Shown here in pieces: positions 38,201-50,684 of a DNA stretch of 64,000 nt (positions are counted from its first letter, which is position 1; every line of letters begins with the position of its first letter). Source of the DNA: Ascidiella aspersa (Eukaryota); the NCBI GenBank assembly GCA_963924565.1, contig OZ004609.1:25420001-25484000 (forward strand), written 5' to 3'. Made by a program: the position numbers and the translations under genes. Below the pieces are notes generated by a model that ran no database searches, was not told where the DNA came from, and saw only the letters and a list, made by a program, of their open reading frames with translations.

Positions 38201-41200
38201 GAATAATATTTAAACTTCTTCCGTTCAAAGCGGTTAATGTATTGGCGTTATTTTTAAATGGTTGAAAACAAAGCTGATACTTACATTATTGATGTAATTA
38301 AATGTATCTATGTGGAATGTTATTTTTAACACCTAATAAACTCAAAACTGCATACCGAACCACATAAAACAATTTTATTGCAAACCCATTTAAGGCGTTG
38401 TACACTTTTATAGTAAATTATATCGTTCCTAACAGGACTCTCAGGAGTTCCCGGGTCTTGGTGGTCCATCGGATAGCAACCAGTCTGTAATTGCAAACGC
38501 TGCGTTTTCCTACAGCGACGCAGTGCTCGGGAAAACAAATGTAAGAAATGTTTTAAGATATTGCTCGATGCCCGTTGCAAAAAAAAATCACTTGCAAAAA
38601 AGGTGATTTGCGAAAAATAGCAAGTCTATGCCTTGTCTATGTCATTGTCACAGCAAGTCAAGTAACTTGTTTTAAATTAAAACGGTAAATTAATAAAACT
38701 CGGTGAGATCTTCCTATTTTTAGCGATATTTAAATTGACAAACAATGCAAAATGTACAATTCAGCGTCTATACTGTTAAATTGCAAGCAAAATTTTCGGT
38801 GAAAAACAAGTAAAGTCGCTTGAAGTTTTTTAAAAATATTGTTTTTGATTTTCGCTAACTATTCAAACTGTGACGCGTTAGGCGCAGACCGAAGCACAAG
38901 CTTTGCACGAAAAGGCGATTGCACAGAAGAATCGCAAGCGGCAAAAGAAGGCAGAGCGCGCCTCGAAGGCGGCCGACGAGGAATATGCCGAAATCAGCAA
39001 GGAACAGGAAGACATAAAGGTCAGACCCGCAATTGGAAAACCGTTATGAAAGGTTGATGACAAAAACACCATTTTGACATTTTGCCGTGGCAGTTCTGGC
39101 TGGGCGTTGTCGAAAAGCAATTCTTTTGATTCCGTTTGCAAAATAGCTATTCAAATCCGGGTGGTTTATGACTTGATTCGTTTCAGAAACAAGTTTTACA
39201 TTTGAATTTTTGAAACATGTAAAATAGTATTATCGCTTTAAAAAGGGAGTATCTTTTTGGAATTTGAAACCATTGGCAGCAGATTTATTTTCGGTCACTG
39301 CTCCGCTGACGTGGATATCAACAATAAAACTCAAAGTTTAAAATCCTGTGAAACGCCGAATCAGACTTATGAAAACTGGTGAAAATTTTGTTCCTTTGTT
39401 ATCAATTTGGATTCTCTTACAGACCTTAATACGCCATACGTGTAAAGTAAGCAATATAACCCACTTATGTTGTGCTCAATTTAAAATTGCGATTCTAACG
39501 CTAACAGCGAACCGTGTATTTTTTTTTCTAAACTCTCAGATGCAGGGTTAACTTTGAGATATATAGAGTTAACTCGTAGATACAAGGTTAACCTTAAGAT
39601 ATATAGGCAGGGTTACCATCTGCTCAGACCAAAAAATAAGCACGCTACTAAAGACCAGGGGCAGATCCAGGATTCCGGTAGTAAAATCCAAGCTTTCAGG
39701 AATAACGTTATAAAATATAATAAAAACTTCAAAAAAAGCTATTTTTGTATGCGCGAAAATATGCCTTTATTTGGTTGACAAGTTACCACCCTAATTTAAT
39801 GCAAGCTTTGTCAACTTTTTTGCGTCAGAGCGCACCTGTCGCGGGCCAAACCAAACAAAGAAAGTTCTCGACGGGCCGTAAAAAAATTCCTTTACCATAA
39901 AAGACGGAATGCATAAGCGAAAAGAAATTATTAATTGAATGATTTACTGTAATGCTTCTAGCAATTTTTTTTGTAGTCACATTGTGTTTCCATATCCTCT
40001 GCTGGGCTGATTTCATAATCACAATAACAGCAATGCTCATAGCTTTTTTCGTTTCGACTTGGTTTGACATTATAAAATACTTTTTCATGTTTATCACAAA
40101 AAACGTGCTTATGCTGACTCATTCCCTCAATACCATTTTGTGTGTACTGACATAAAAATGTCAGTCCTCACGTATTAATGCAGCTAAAATAAGACAAACT
40201 TTTAACAACTAAAATAAGACAAACTAAGCACACAACTCTAAAATAAGCACGTTTCTTAGAAATAAGCACATTTGTGTTTTCTAAGACACTGCACCCAAAA
40301 ATAAGCTCAAATCTTAGAAATAAGCAAGGTATGGCAACCCTGTATATAGGGTTAACTCTTTGAACAGTTTCACCCGTGGAATTACCTCGCGTTGTTTCAA
40401 ACACGTTTAGAAAGCGTTGAAGAAGACCGCCGCCAATCGCAATCGCAGCAAGACTGCGGTGCTCGATCTGGGAGAGATCGTCAGTCGACTCGAGTTGGCG
40501 CCGGAAAAGGAATCCAACCCACCTGGAAAAAGTACCCACAAGAAAGCGGACTATGGCGCCGGCCAGTCAACCCCTTTACCGAGTGGCAGGTAAAGGGAAT
40601 TTCACTTTAATGCTGTTAAAAGTCGTCGAAAAACTACGTGGTTACACGAGCGTCAATAAACTAACTTAAATGACAAATATAAAGGAGTGCCTGTGTGTTA
40701 ACAACATATGTGTCTGTGTGTTGACAACATATTTCAATGACTAAAATTAAATTTTTCTTGAAGGCGCTTTGTCTTAGTGTTGCTTTGAATTGCTTTTCAC
40801 TCTGTCGATGGTTTGTTCAATCGTGCTGTCTGATACAAGGCTGTCAAATGTCAACTGTTTCACAATCACTCTTGGTGCAAAATAACTCAGTGGAAATTCC
40901 CAGTTCGCGTGCGTTGATATCTTACACACCCCTTGTGATTCGCCTTCTTAAATTTGCTGTTTAACATCGATGGTTTCCGGCTATTTTGCGGCAGACTGGC
41001 CCTTTTCACAGGAATTGTTATTTCCCGAGTGTTGTGTTGCGAAAGTAATATAAAAAACATCAATCTTGGTTGATCGCCGTATTTGTTTTGTTCTAAAACT
41101 GAAAACAAGTGGCACTTCTGACAAAGCGTATTTTAAAATTAACGAGCTTTCGCAAAGCCCTACTTTATCAGGTCAGAGCAAGAAAAAGGGCGCAAACGAT

Positions 41201-44200
41201 TTAAACGTTTTTATTCTTACTCTGACCTAATGAAGCACGATTGTACGAAAGCACGTCAACATTAAAAAAACATGTTGTCTGCTATACAGAGATTTTAATA
41301 CGATACCACTTGTACTTATATATTATTTATTACGCAGGGCACGTCCAGGCACGGGCATCCTAGTCAACCCACTGGATTCCACAGCCCCGATGGTAAAAAG
41401 GGGAAAAGAAAGGGAAGTACCCAAACTAAAGAAGCCCAGTGCGCTCAAAAAGGTACCTGACGTGCGTTTGTTGACTGCATAAATGCAAATAAAAACGCGA
41501 ACCGCTTATGTGTTAGGGATGGGTTCGTTTGTTCTTGGACCCTATCGCAAACAAAGAATTTGGCCCACTTGGAATACGCCATTAAAATATTGTAACCCTT
41601 GTAAGCAAAATTTGTTTGCCAGTGAAATGATCGCGTTTTGAAGTGTTCACTGCGAAATTGGATTTTACACATAATTAAGTGTGTTTTTAATGTAGCAAAG
41701 CAGTATTTGTGTTACCAAATATAGTTTTTAAAACAATTTTAAGCCGCCAGCATAAACACTATATGTTTGCATAATGCCTTTTCTCGCCAAAGCACTCTCT
41801 TAATTCATACCAGGCAAATTTATTAAAACGATATATAAATAATAAAACTGTCGCTTTGGAAGTGACAACGTGATGTGACACAAACCCAAATAACGCATGT
41901 GCCCTGCGTTTTGAAGTGCCGAATTCTCTTAATAATATTCTGTGGGCTCGTTTGCAATCTGCAGGTTATCCTAAAAGAACGCGAAGAAAAGAAAGAACAC
42001 CGTTTGAACCAGTTAACCTCGTGTGATCTGCCAGACACCGACGTGCCACCATATCCGCCCGCTTTGCTCGACACACTGAAGTGTAAGTTTTTGTTTTTCC
42101 TTTGACAAAACCTAATAAATGCGCTATGAAGAACTGGCCCTTTTTTAGGGATAAAACTGATCGTGGACAGTTAAAATTAGCTCCATTTTACAACGTATTA
42201 AGCTCTCCTAATGTTTACCTGCGATATAAATTGCATCAGGCCGTTTGAATTAAAGTTTGGTAAAATTTATAATAATTAGTATTTTGTCTGGAAATGTTGT
42301 CAGCATTAATATAAAAACATAAGCATTACTTTGCCGCCATTTGTGAAATAAGTTTTTTACGGCGTGGTTGTCTGAATAAACGAGTGCAAAACTGCCTAGT
42401 CATTTTGATCGCTAAAAATAATGTTATTACGTCATGCAAAAGCCTAAAAGATCTTTCAACCTTTGCTCCCGCGAAAGGATACGGCGAAACAGATACTACC
42501 GTGGGCTGTTGCTATGTTTTGTCGTATTGTCATAGTAAACGTACCAAAGCGAGGTATCTCGTTGCAACCCTGTCATTCACCAAGACAGGTTTATTACCGG
42601 ATGCGTTGCTGTGCTTTCGTGTACAAAAACGAAGCACAACTAGTTGAATGCCAACATATTTTTCGGTTGTTGGACTTTGTCACCACGAACTAACAAAAAC
42701 GTACCCAGTTCAAACCCCTATGCCAAACTAATACTGATTGCCATGTATTTGTACAAAAAAAAAACGTTAGCACATAATTAATCTGCTGAAAAACGCGATC
42801 CGCGAACATCGGCAAACAAAAAATGACCCATTCACACATACACTTTGTCGTGTTGTTATTATTATCTGACTTACGAAACTAACAAAAACAAACATTGCCA
42901 TTCGCCATAGTCGTTTTAAAGCCGGTCGCTTAACTTTCGTTTTACAACAAGAAAAACAACGTGAATAGCTTCCTTGTTTTGACAAGTTGTTGTCTGTCAT
43001 CCAACAAAAAGCAAAGTCTAACCCAGTGATTCCCAAACTGTGTGCCGCGGCAAACTAGTGTGTCTCGAGAGATTGTCAAGTGTGCAGCGAAACTTTTTGT
43101 AATTTGGAAAAAGAGAGAATTTCTTCTACCAATAGGTATACACGCAAACATTTTAGATTTAAATACACACTATTTATTACAAATTAATAATATTGAGACA
43201 TTTACATATAGTTTGTCGTGTGTTATGGACGATTACAAAATGACTCTATTGTTGTTCTGTGAAAAATGTGCCGCGAAATAGTTAACATTTTTTTAGTGTG
43301 CCGCGAGTCAAAAAAGTTTGGGAACCACTTGTCTAACCTATTGCAGTTCCGCTATTCACCAATGAACTTTAATACCGGTCACTATTATTTTCTTGTTATA
43401 AAAAGCAAACACTAGCACATTAATTGCTAACAAAGGCTTTGTCACTTTCACTTATCTAATGCGTATTCACTGGTGGTGATATTATGAACCATAGGTGTTA
43501 TGTTTGTATTGAACTACATTTTGAGGCACAAACACAGCAGGCTATGTGTTGCCAAATAAATCATTTTTCGTCCTAGTGAGGTCTCAAACTAATATCCGCC
43601 GTAAAAAGTTGCTGCAGATAACAATGTTTAAACTATTAAATCAAATCAAATCAAACCTTATTGTGATGTTACTTATTTCTGCATTGATTAGAAACTTTTA
43701 CAATGTGCGTTTATTCTTTGTTAAACGTTAGCCTTCGACAATGGTCTAATAGACTTAATTTTTCATGTGTGTGTATAAAAGTCATTTTACAAGCTGATTA
43801 TAATAAGTGATTTATTAAAAAACGTTTTCGAGGGAAGATTTTTACCTCGGGCGAAACCGAAACAGGGAGGCGGAATCTAAAGGCGAAGTGCTTCCACGTA
43901 CAATCACAGTGTGATCTAACCCTTGGTAATTGGAAACTTTACTGTGCTCAAAACTGGTCGATCCTTATGTTGCCCCCAAACGACGCGGGGTGACGCTCGA
44001 ATGAACTTGTAGGCGAATCCCCTGGGTGTGGCCACTCGGATTTTAGTTTAGTTAAATTTAGGATCATCTGATCCATAAATAACCGCTGTACTTGATAAAC
44101 GAATGTCTCTTGCGACGCACCATTTCGTTTCAAGCAGTGTGAATTGTTTGCGATATGTGTAATCTAATACGGCCTATTCACTGGGAATAGTTTGTCGCAG

Positions 44201-47200
44201 TTTGGCCTTTCGAAGTCACATGCTATATGACATCACAACTTTTGATCCCAACCTAGATGCGCGTTCCCCTATTGTTTCGTCCCAGTTATACTTGGGCGTA
44301 CATGATGTCAATTTCTAATTGTTTGAGTCAAAATTCGCCATGGCGCGAATGGAAGCTTAAACCATTAACTTGAAACATATTCTGATTTACTCTGGCTTAT
44401 GGGGTCGCGTAAGTTTTCCAAGACTAAAAGTCAATCGCGAGAACAAAAAGGTTGGGAACCATTGCCATATACACTATACATTGCTAAAGCTTAATTGTTG
44501 GGGCAGGTTCTAAGTAAGGATTTACAGGCTTTCAACGAAGAAACAAGGACCCTTACCAGAGTATTCGTTAGATTAACTGGTCAATTGGCATCAGTCAGCG
44601 AAATTGAGTAGTCTCCACAAAGGAATCATTCCTTCTTATTGCGCGGGTTGTCTCACAAACAAGTAAACTCTTGAATTGTTGGGCGCTGTTGATCTCTCTT
44701 TTGTTTCAAGCCCCTCTTGTTTCTGTTCAGCCGGCTCGCGAGAATCTCGTTTTGCGTTTCTGTGCGAATATGCCTGGACAAGCCGAAAGCCTCGTGTGGA
44801 CGAGCGTTTAATTAGCGCGTTTTATCAACCTCTCAGCCACGATCCTTGTTTTGATTTAAACGACAACAAAGCCTGTAAACGGTTATGTAAAGACACGCCG
44901 CGCCGCTTCTCATCGTCCAATTTATCTCGTCACACAAGCATAAACACCTCTTGTTTTCTTAACTGATTGTTCGTTTGCCCAAAACGATAGTTCTTTGAAA
45001 GCTTTATAACCGTAACTTATCCACAATTTAATAATCGTCATTTCTTTTACGCTGCACATAACGTCAAAATTGTTAGAAATTCGCTAACGTTCGAGTATAT
45101 GTAGCGATTTTTTGATTGTTTTTTATTTTAAAATGCGAATATACCAACTACAAAATCCTTGATTATTTCTTCTTGTTGCAGCAAAAACCGAAGAAGAGGA
45201 GTTCGACGCTTCGTCTCTGATGGAAAGCATCCCGCCCAGCGTTCCTCAGATCCACAGCCGCCGATACAGGGAGTAAGTCGCTTGTCCTCCGATTGTTGAC
45301 GTAAACCTGACTGGCTACCTCTCTTGCTTGACGACATCACGCTGTTTTTTTTTATATTTCGTTTTTTTGCATTTCGGATCATATTGTTGGGTCTGTCTAA
45401 AAGTTCTCGGTTCTAATTGGTCTAACTAAAAAAATATTATTAACACTTAGAAACGACCCAATTTTATTATCCGCGTCGAACTTACATAAACTTAGTAATT
45501 TTATTTCTTTATAACTTTTACATTATATCACTTTGTCTTTGTTATACCTATTTTGAATTATGTGTTGGGTTTTATCAAGCTTTTTGTCGGATTTAAATAA
45601 ACCTAAAAACGTGACTCACTTGCCATAATTAGTAATGCGCGTCCCTAATCCAGCTGACCCAAATATGAATTTTTCAATGCTGTTTTCTGATATTTGCTCT
45701 TTGGTCTTGTACAATAGAAGTCGCATCAAGCGACTTCTGCCAAAAAATTGGGCATCTGTAAAAAAACTATAAAACTGTTTTTTTTTCGAAACGTAATAAG
45801 TTGACCACTGTTTGGCGGTTGTTGTGTGTACCTGACGTTTCCATCACCCCCTCGTTAAGTCAGTCCACCTACTCACTCAACCAACGCTTTATCGGGATCT
45901 ATATACTTGCGCGTGGGTGCCCATTTCTCGAATTACACGCCTATAAACTGAAGACTGCAATTCGACCTTTGTGTTTCTGTGCGCAGGTACTGCTCGCAAG
46001 TGCTCGACAAGAGCATAGATGAAATTTGCACGACCATTCTCCAAAAGCTTGTGCAGTTCCAGGACAGGTATGCCTTTACCGATGTGCGGTTGACATAAAG
46101 CGACCAAAGTTTTTCATAGTTATATGCTGGATCAATCAAGACATTGGGCTTTTTGTGGACAATTAACAAATTCGGGACTGTCAAATATTTAATACAATAG
46201 CAAGGGATCATATTTTACACTTCTTCGGCAACAACATATTGTTTTTCATTGTGTTATGCAAAAGGCGCAAATACTTCTTATATTTTTTACGTATTTTGTG
46301 GCGAACCAATGATTTTAACGTTTTCATGCCCCACGTAAACGACTGACGATCAGCTTTGTGTTAAAAGACTGCTTCTTAAACTGTAATATACTAAGATCAG
46401 CTATTGAAGCCCTAACGTTAAAGCGGTATGACCTGTTTTTTTTTTCAGGATGTACGTAAAGGACCCTATCAAGGCCAAGATGAAGCGTCGCCTGGTCATG
46501 GGAATACGCGAGGTCACCAAGCATCTTAAACTCAAGCGTCTCAAGTGCGTCATCGTGTCGCCCAACCTCGAGAAGATACAGTCGAAGGGTTAGTGCTTTA
46601 TTAAAAATCCAAAGCTTGACCTAGATTTTGTGTGTTTGTTCAATAAACCTAGATCAGGGGTTCTTAAACTGGGGTCCATGGACCCCCTGGGGGTCCATAA
46701 ACTGTTTTTAGAGGGTTCATGAAGGCCTAATTTAAATAGTGGTGCATATTTAAGAAGGTATTACGTTTTCAAAGCAAACAGTTTAATTAAAAATAAAACG
46801 GTTTTGCACTGACTGCATTTTGACTCATTTCACTTTCACATTTTTTGGACCGAAATCAAGGATTTATGGAGTCTATTTGTAATGTGACGTCAATTTACTT
46901 TTTTTTTATTTTCTTGCCTACTGTGGTCCATGCCAAACCAAAAAAAATTAGGGATTCGCGGTAAAAAATGTTTAAGAACCCCTGACCTAATTAGACATTA
47001 GAACAACATCGGCCTCCCCGCTGACTCGAGTGGATATTTTTTGCTTTGCGTACTTGCCTTTCATAATAATCACCCCTATATTAAATCATTTTTAAACTCA
47101 CGATTGCTGCAGTGATTGTTGCACAGGTGCTTACCGATGTAGTTAAACCGTAGGCATAAGCGAGACTATACTTAAAACGCTTATTGTATGCGGTTTCAAC

Positions 47201-50200
47201 TTGTAAACTTACATTCTGTTCAACGCGTGCGCATGCGGCATTTATGGCATTACTAATTTCGTCTTCTGAGGTACGAGACGCGGGAAACTAATCGAACTTT
47301 TATAATGTTAAAACCTCTGCCAAATTCCAATATACATTGAAGTTAGGATAAGTATTTCGAAAGTTAAACTTGTAATCAATGTTTTACTGTAACCCTTACT
47401 ACGCAATTTGAAAAACACACATAATGGAGAATAATATATATGTCATACGGCGTCCATCTTTATAGAACAATGTTGGTAACCGCTACTATAGGAACTCTAG
47501 CCACAAAATTACTTTTGTAAAGTAAAGTTTAAATGTTGTTCTTTTCACGGCACTACTGTCACCTTTATAATATGGCGCCCACGCATAAGTTAAAGGTACT
47601 TTTTGAGGGGTAGAGGAATCGAAGACAGGCGTTTACTTAATCTTCATCGACTCTTTGTAGGCGGACTCGACGACGCCCTCCAGCAGATTCTGAACATGTG
47701 CGAGACGCAGAACGTGACGTACGTGTTCGCCCTGGGCCGACGGGCCATGGGCAGGGCGGTGTCCAAGCTGGTCCCGGTCAGCATCGTCGGCATATTCGAC
47801 TACAGCGGCGCTGAGGTATGTGGGTGAACATCGGAATAAAGAGTTAAACCGAAGTTCGCTTCTAACAAAAAAGTGGAAAATTTAAAATATACAAGCGACC
47901 GTCATAAATGGGTACTCTACAAAATAATTTCAGTTAGATTTTTTTCTAAATTGTGCGTCTTTTTCAAAAATAAAGTCTATGCCAGACATTATTTTCTAGA
48001 ACATATTAGTGGTGGTCGTGATTCCTTAGTGATAGATATTGCGATAAACGTTAATGTATGCTATACAACGAAGTGATTACTCGTAGAACGGTAATATGAA
48101 GTATAGAGAGGCCTGCTTGTCATTTTTAACATTTAACTTTTTCGTACATTAACTCTACACCACAAATAAACATGTTTTGTGATTTAATATACTCTAAAAA
48201 GTCTAACAGATACGAAAAAATGTACCAAGGGGTTTTAGTAATAGAGCAAAAATAAAAACCCTTATAAATTTTTTGGGCGCCCAAAATACTTCGCTGGCGT
48301 ACCGTGATACCCCGTTGGTAACCACTGACATATAGACAATAAACAATACCATGTGTGTGATTATAGGTCAATATTAAATCAAAAACAGTCCATCTGCTAA
48401 TTGATCACGTTTCGGCACCCTATATAAGTCGCCTTCTTCAGGGTGAATGACACCGAAAGCAAAAGAAAAACACACATAGGAATACAAATCGAGTAATATT
48501 GCTGTGCCTGGTAGCAACAGTTTATATTTCAATATGTTTAATTGCTAGTTAGAACACCTTACTTTACTTCATACGCAGGACCACTACAAGAAGATGTGCG
48601 AACTGGTGGTGGAGGCACAAAACAAATACCAGGAGATGGTTTCAATTTACCAGCAAGAGGTTATTGACGCCACCACCTCAAACACAGTGAGTTTCGTTTA
48701 GTTGTTTTTATTTCTTCGACGTGAAAAAACAATTTAAACTACCCCAGCACGCATTTTTAAATCGTAAAACATTAAGAATCGTTTTTTAAGGCTATATTGT
48801 TTGTTAAATACACCAAAGGCCAATTTCACCAAACTTGTTTTCGGCAAGTCGGTTATTTGAAATACCTTAGTGCAGTGTTTCCTAATCTTCACACCTGACG
48901 AAATAAGCAAACGCGATTTTTGTTTGATACGCCCATATTTATTTTGAAATGCTTATATTTTCTTTCCATATGACAGTTGTATTATCTTTAAAGAGCTCTA
49001 TGCTTAATAAAATATCCTAAAAAAGCAAGAAAAACCTTTATTATTGTAATAATTTCAAGTTTCGAAAACACCAATCACAAACAAAGGTGAATTTTACAAA
49101 ATTTTACAGCATTTAATAAATTAAACTAGCTAGCAAAATGAAGTACCAGCTAAATCGAAAACTATTACCGATTTTTTTTGTGTAAATTATTCTATTTGTC
49201 TGGGGCGCCCTTGCAACATTCCATGGCGCACCAGTGTGCCGCGTTGCACCGGTTGAAACGCTGCTTTAGTGCATCAAAGTCATGCCATAACCATCCTGGC
49301 AAACACCAATATCCGCCGTTATATTTCCAGCCCCAGCCTGCAGCGGCTCCAGCAGGCTCGACCAAGAGATTTGCCCACATGGGCCACTCCCGGAACCCTT
49401 CGGCGGCCAGCTGTGTTTCCTTCGCCAGCTTCATATCGGAACCCATATCGGAAATGAACGAAGGTAATACTAAACGCCGGTATGGGTCCGCTCTTAATTA
49501 AAGTCGTATTGGTTGACTATCTGCAGGACAAATCATGTTTATCTGCAGGGATATTCAACTTTTTATCTGTCAGATGGGTTAACGTCATGCAGGACTACTT
49601 AAAATGTTACATTATTAAATTTGCTAACTCATATGACGGCATTAAATCGTGTTGTGCCATGTTTGCTCGGGGATAATTTGCGCCTGTTGCCTGAGCAACG
49701 TTTAAAACCTAGTACACTACCCGGCAACAGAACAAATAAAAAGATCTGATCAGCGTTTTCCTAATTAGTTTGGCCTTCGAGTCTAGCTATTATTTACCTA
49801 ACTACCATGCTCGTGACGTCAATATGAGTTGTTTCACGAAATAGGCAACTATCTTTATTCTTCAAATGTTTATCCAAACGCTATTAGGATGTATTTACCA
49901 CTATAACCTAAGTGGCAAAGGTACTGCGCTTAGCACACAATCGAAAAATTGAAAGTGTACACTTGGCTTCTTCTGGTCACCAAGTGTCTCGTAAAGTTAA
50001 GAACATCGACATTTCATAACGCTGTATCTTCCCACTTGCTCTTCAGGAAGCAACTGGAGAGCCATGATGGACGCCGGAGAGGAACAACCACCTCTCTCGC
50101 CTCCTCCGGAGGTAGAGTCCTCCGCCGACGACGAGGAGCCGGAACCAGCTAAATACAACACTGGGGGAGGAGTAGGAGGACAGGGAGCGGCCGGAAGCCA

Positions 50201-50684
50201 CGAGGATCTAAGCAGGAAGGATTCGGGGAGCACAGTGGTGGAAGTCAAGGAGCAAGTAGCGAGGGACATTAGGCACGAGCCTCTGGAAGAAGAGGAGGAC
50301 GGAAACTTTTCCGCGCATGATCTCTCTTCCGACATTTCCTCCACCAACCTGGATGTTTCCACGACCCCCGGGGTTCTGGATAAATCTTTCTCCAATTGCA
50401 GCACCGTCGTCGGGCCTCTTGTTTCCGCCCGCTCCGACGCCACTCCACCAAGGTCCTCCGATAAATCCCATCCCCCTTTAAAGGATCCGGCTCCAGAAGG
50501 TCCCTCCTCCTTGTTCGAAACCATTACCGAGGAGTCGGGTCAGGATCGCATCCAACTGTGGCTTGAAACTGCATCCCAGTCTGTGCAGGATCTGCATCTG
50601 GATGAAAACGCAGAAGAGACCGGGAACCTACCGCCAAAAGAAGACCCTGAGGAAGAGGAGGCGATAGAAGAAGCTAAAGTCTAG
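29288..50684 (+). CDS. SECISBP2L: SECIS-binding protein 2(-like), 22 coding exons, ~1105 aa
   Basis: Exons 29288-29308, 29786-29925, 31833-31957, 34241-34332, 34573-34687, 35020-35179, 35716-35797, 36084-36252, 36692-36762, 37419-37760, 38436-38540, 38882-39019, 40411-40589, 41338-41452, 41965-42082, 45182-45272, 45987-46067, 46449-46588, 47661-47815, 48579-48686, 49331-49463, 50047-50684; in frame throughout. SBP2L motifs LSADVAPFVP, YLTTCYPFVQE, QQTDFP, DSDSGYYSPKH; SID NPLDSTAP...KKPSALKKVILKERE; IHSRRYREYCSQ; L7Ae domain (RRLVMGIREVTKHL...PVSIVGIFDYSGA); GHSRNPSAAS. The first exon is least certain. Confidence 0.93.
30373..31051. mobile_element. hAT-type MITE (composite)
   Basis: TIR CAGGGGTCGGCAACCT / AGGTTGGCGACCCCTG; perfect TSD TTCTAAAC; GCGGGCC subterminal motifs; end of another element inside (~30862). 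Confidence 0.88.
32058..32655. mobile_element. hAT-type MITE
   Basis: Degenerate TIR CAAGTGTGGGCAAC / GTTGCTCACCCCTG; TSD CTTTAATC / CTTTATTC. Confidence 0.75.
35245..35545. repeat. Diverged direct duplication of ~140-150 bp in a SECISBP2L intron
   Basis: Two copies of CAATCGGTTG...TTCTGTCTGCG..TTAACAACAATGGAA...AGCTGAATGTTGCT...CAAAACATATGTGAA...GTGAGCATT. Confidence 0.8.
36334..36637. mobile_element. hAT-type MITE
   Basis: TIR CAGGGCTACTTAAC / GTTGAGTAGCCCTG; perfect TSD TTGTAAAG. Confidence 0.88.
36906..37390. mobile_element. hAT-type MITE
   Basis: CAGGG...CCCTG termini; TSD GCGTAGAT / GCTTAGAT. Confidence 0.7.
39608..40342. mobile_element. hAT-type non-autonomous element
   Basis: TIR CAGGGTTACCAT / ATGGCAACCCTG; perfect TSD TATATAGG; AAATAAGC subterminal array at 40185-40326. 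Confidence 0.85.
41131..41267. repeat. Long imperfect inverted repeat (fold-back)
   Basis: Arms of ~60 bp, e.g. TTATCAGGTCAGAGCAAGAA vs TTCTTACTCTGACCTAATGAA and GCTTTCG vs CGAAAGC. Confidence 0.75.
43024..43330. mobile_element. hAT-type MITE
   Basis: TIR CAGTGATTCCCAAACT / AGTTTGGGAACCACTT; perfect TSD GTCTAACC. Confidence 0.88.
46655..46984. mobile_element. hAT-type MITE, same family as 53317-53655
   Basis: TIR CAGGGGTTCTTAAAC; TSD ACCTAGAT / ACCTAATT; colinear with the second copy. Confidence 0.88.
48873..49263. mobile_element. Degenerate hAT-type MITE
   Basis: CAGTGTTTC / GAAACGCTG termini; TSD CCTTAGTG / CTTTAGTG. Confidence 0.65.

Noticed and set aside
49997-50524. 175-aa minus-strand ORF and other antisense or alternate-frame ORFs over CUL2/SECISBP2L exons
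   Set aside because: Shadows of real GC-rich exons.
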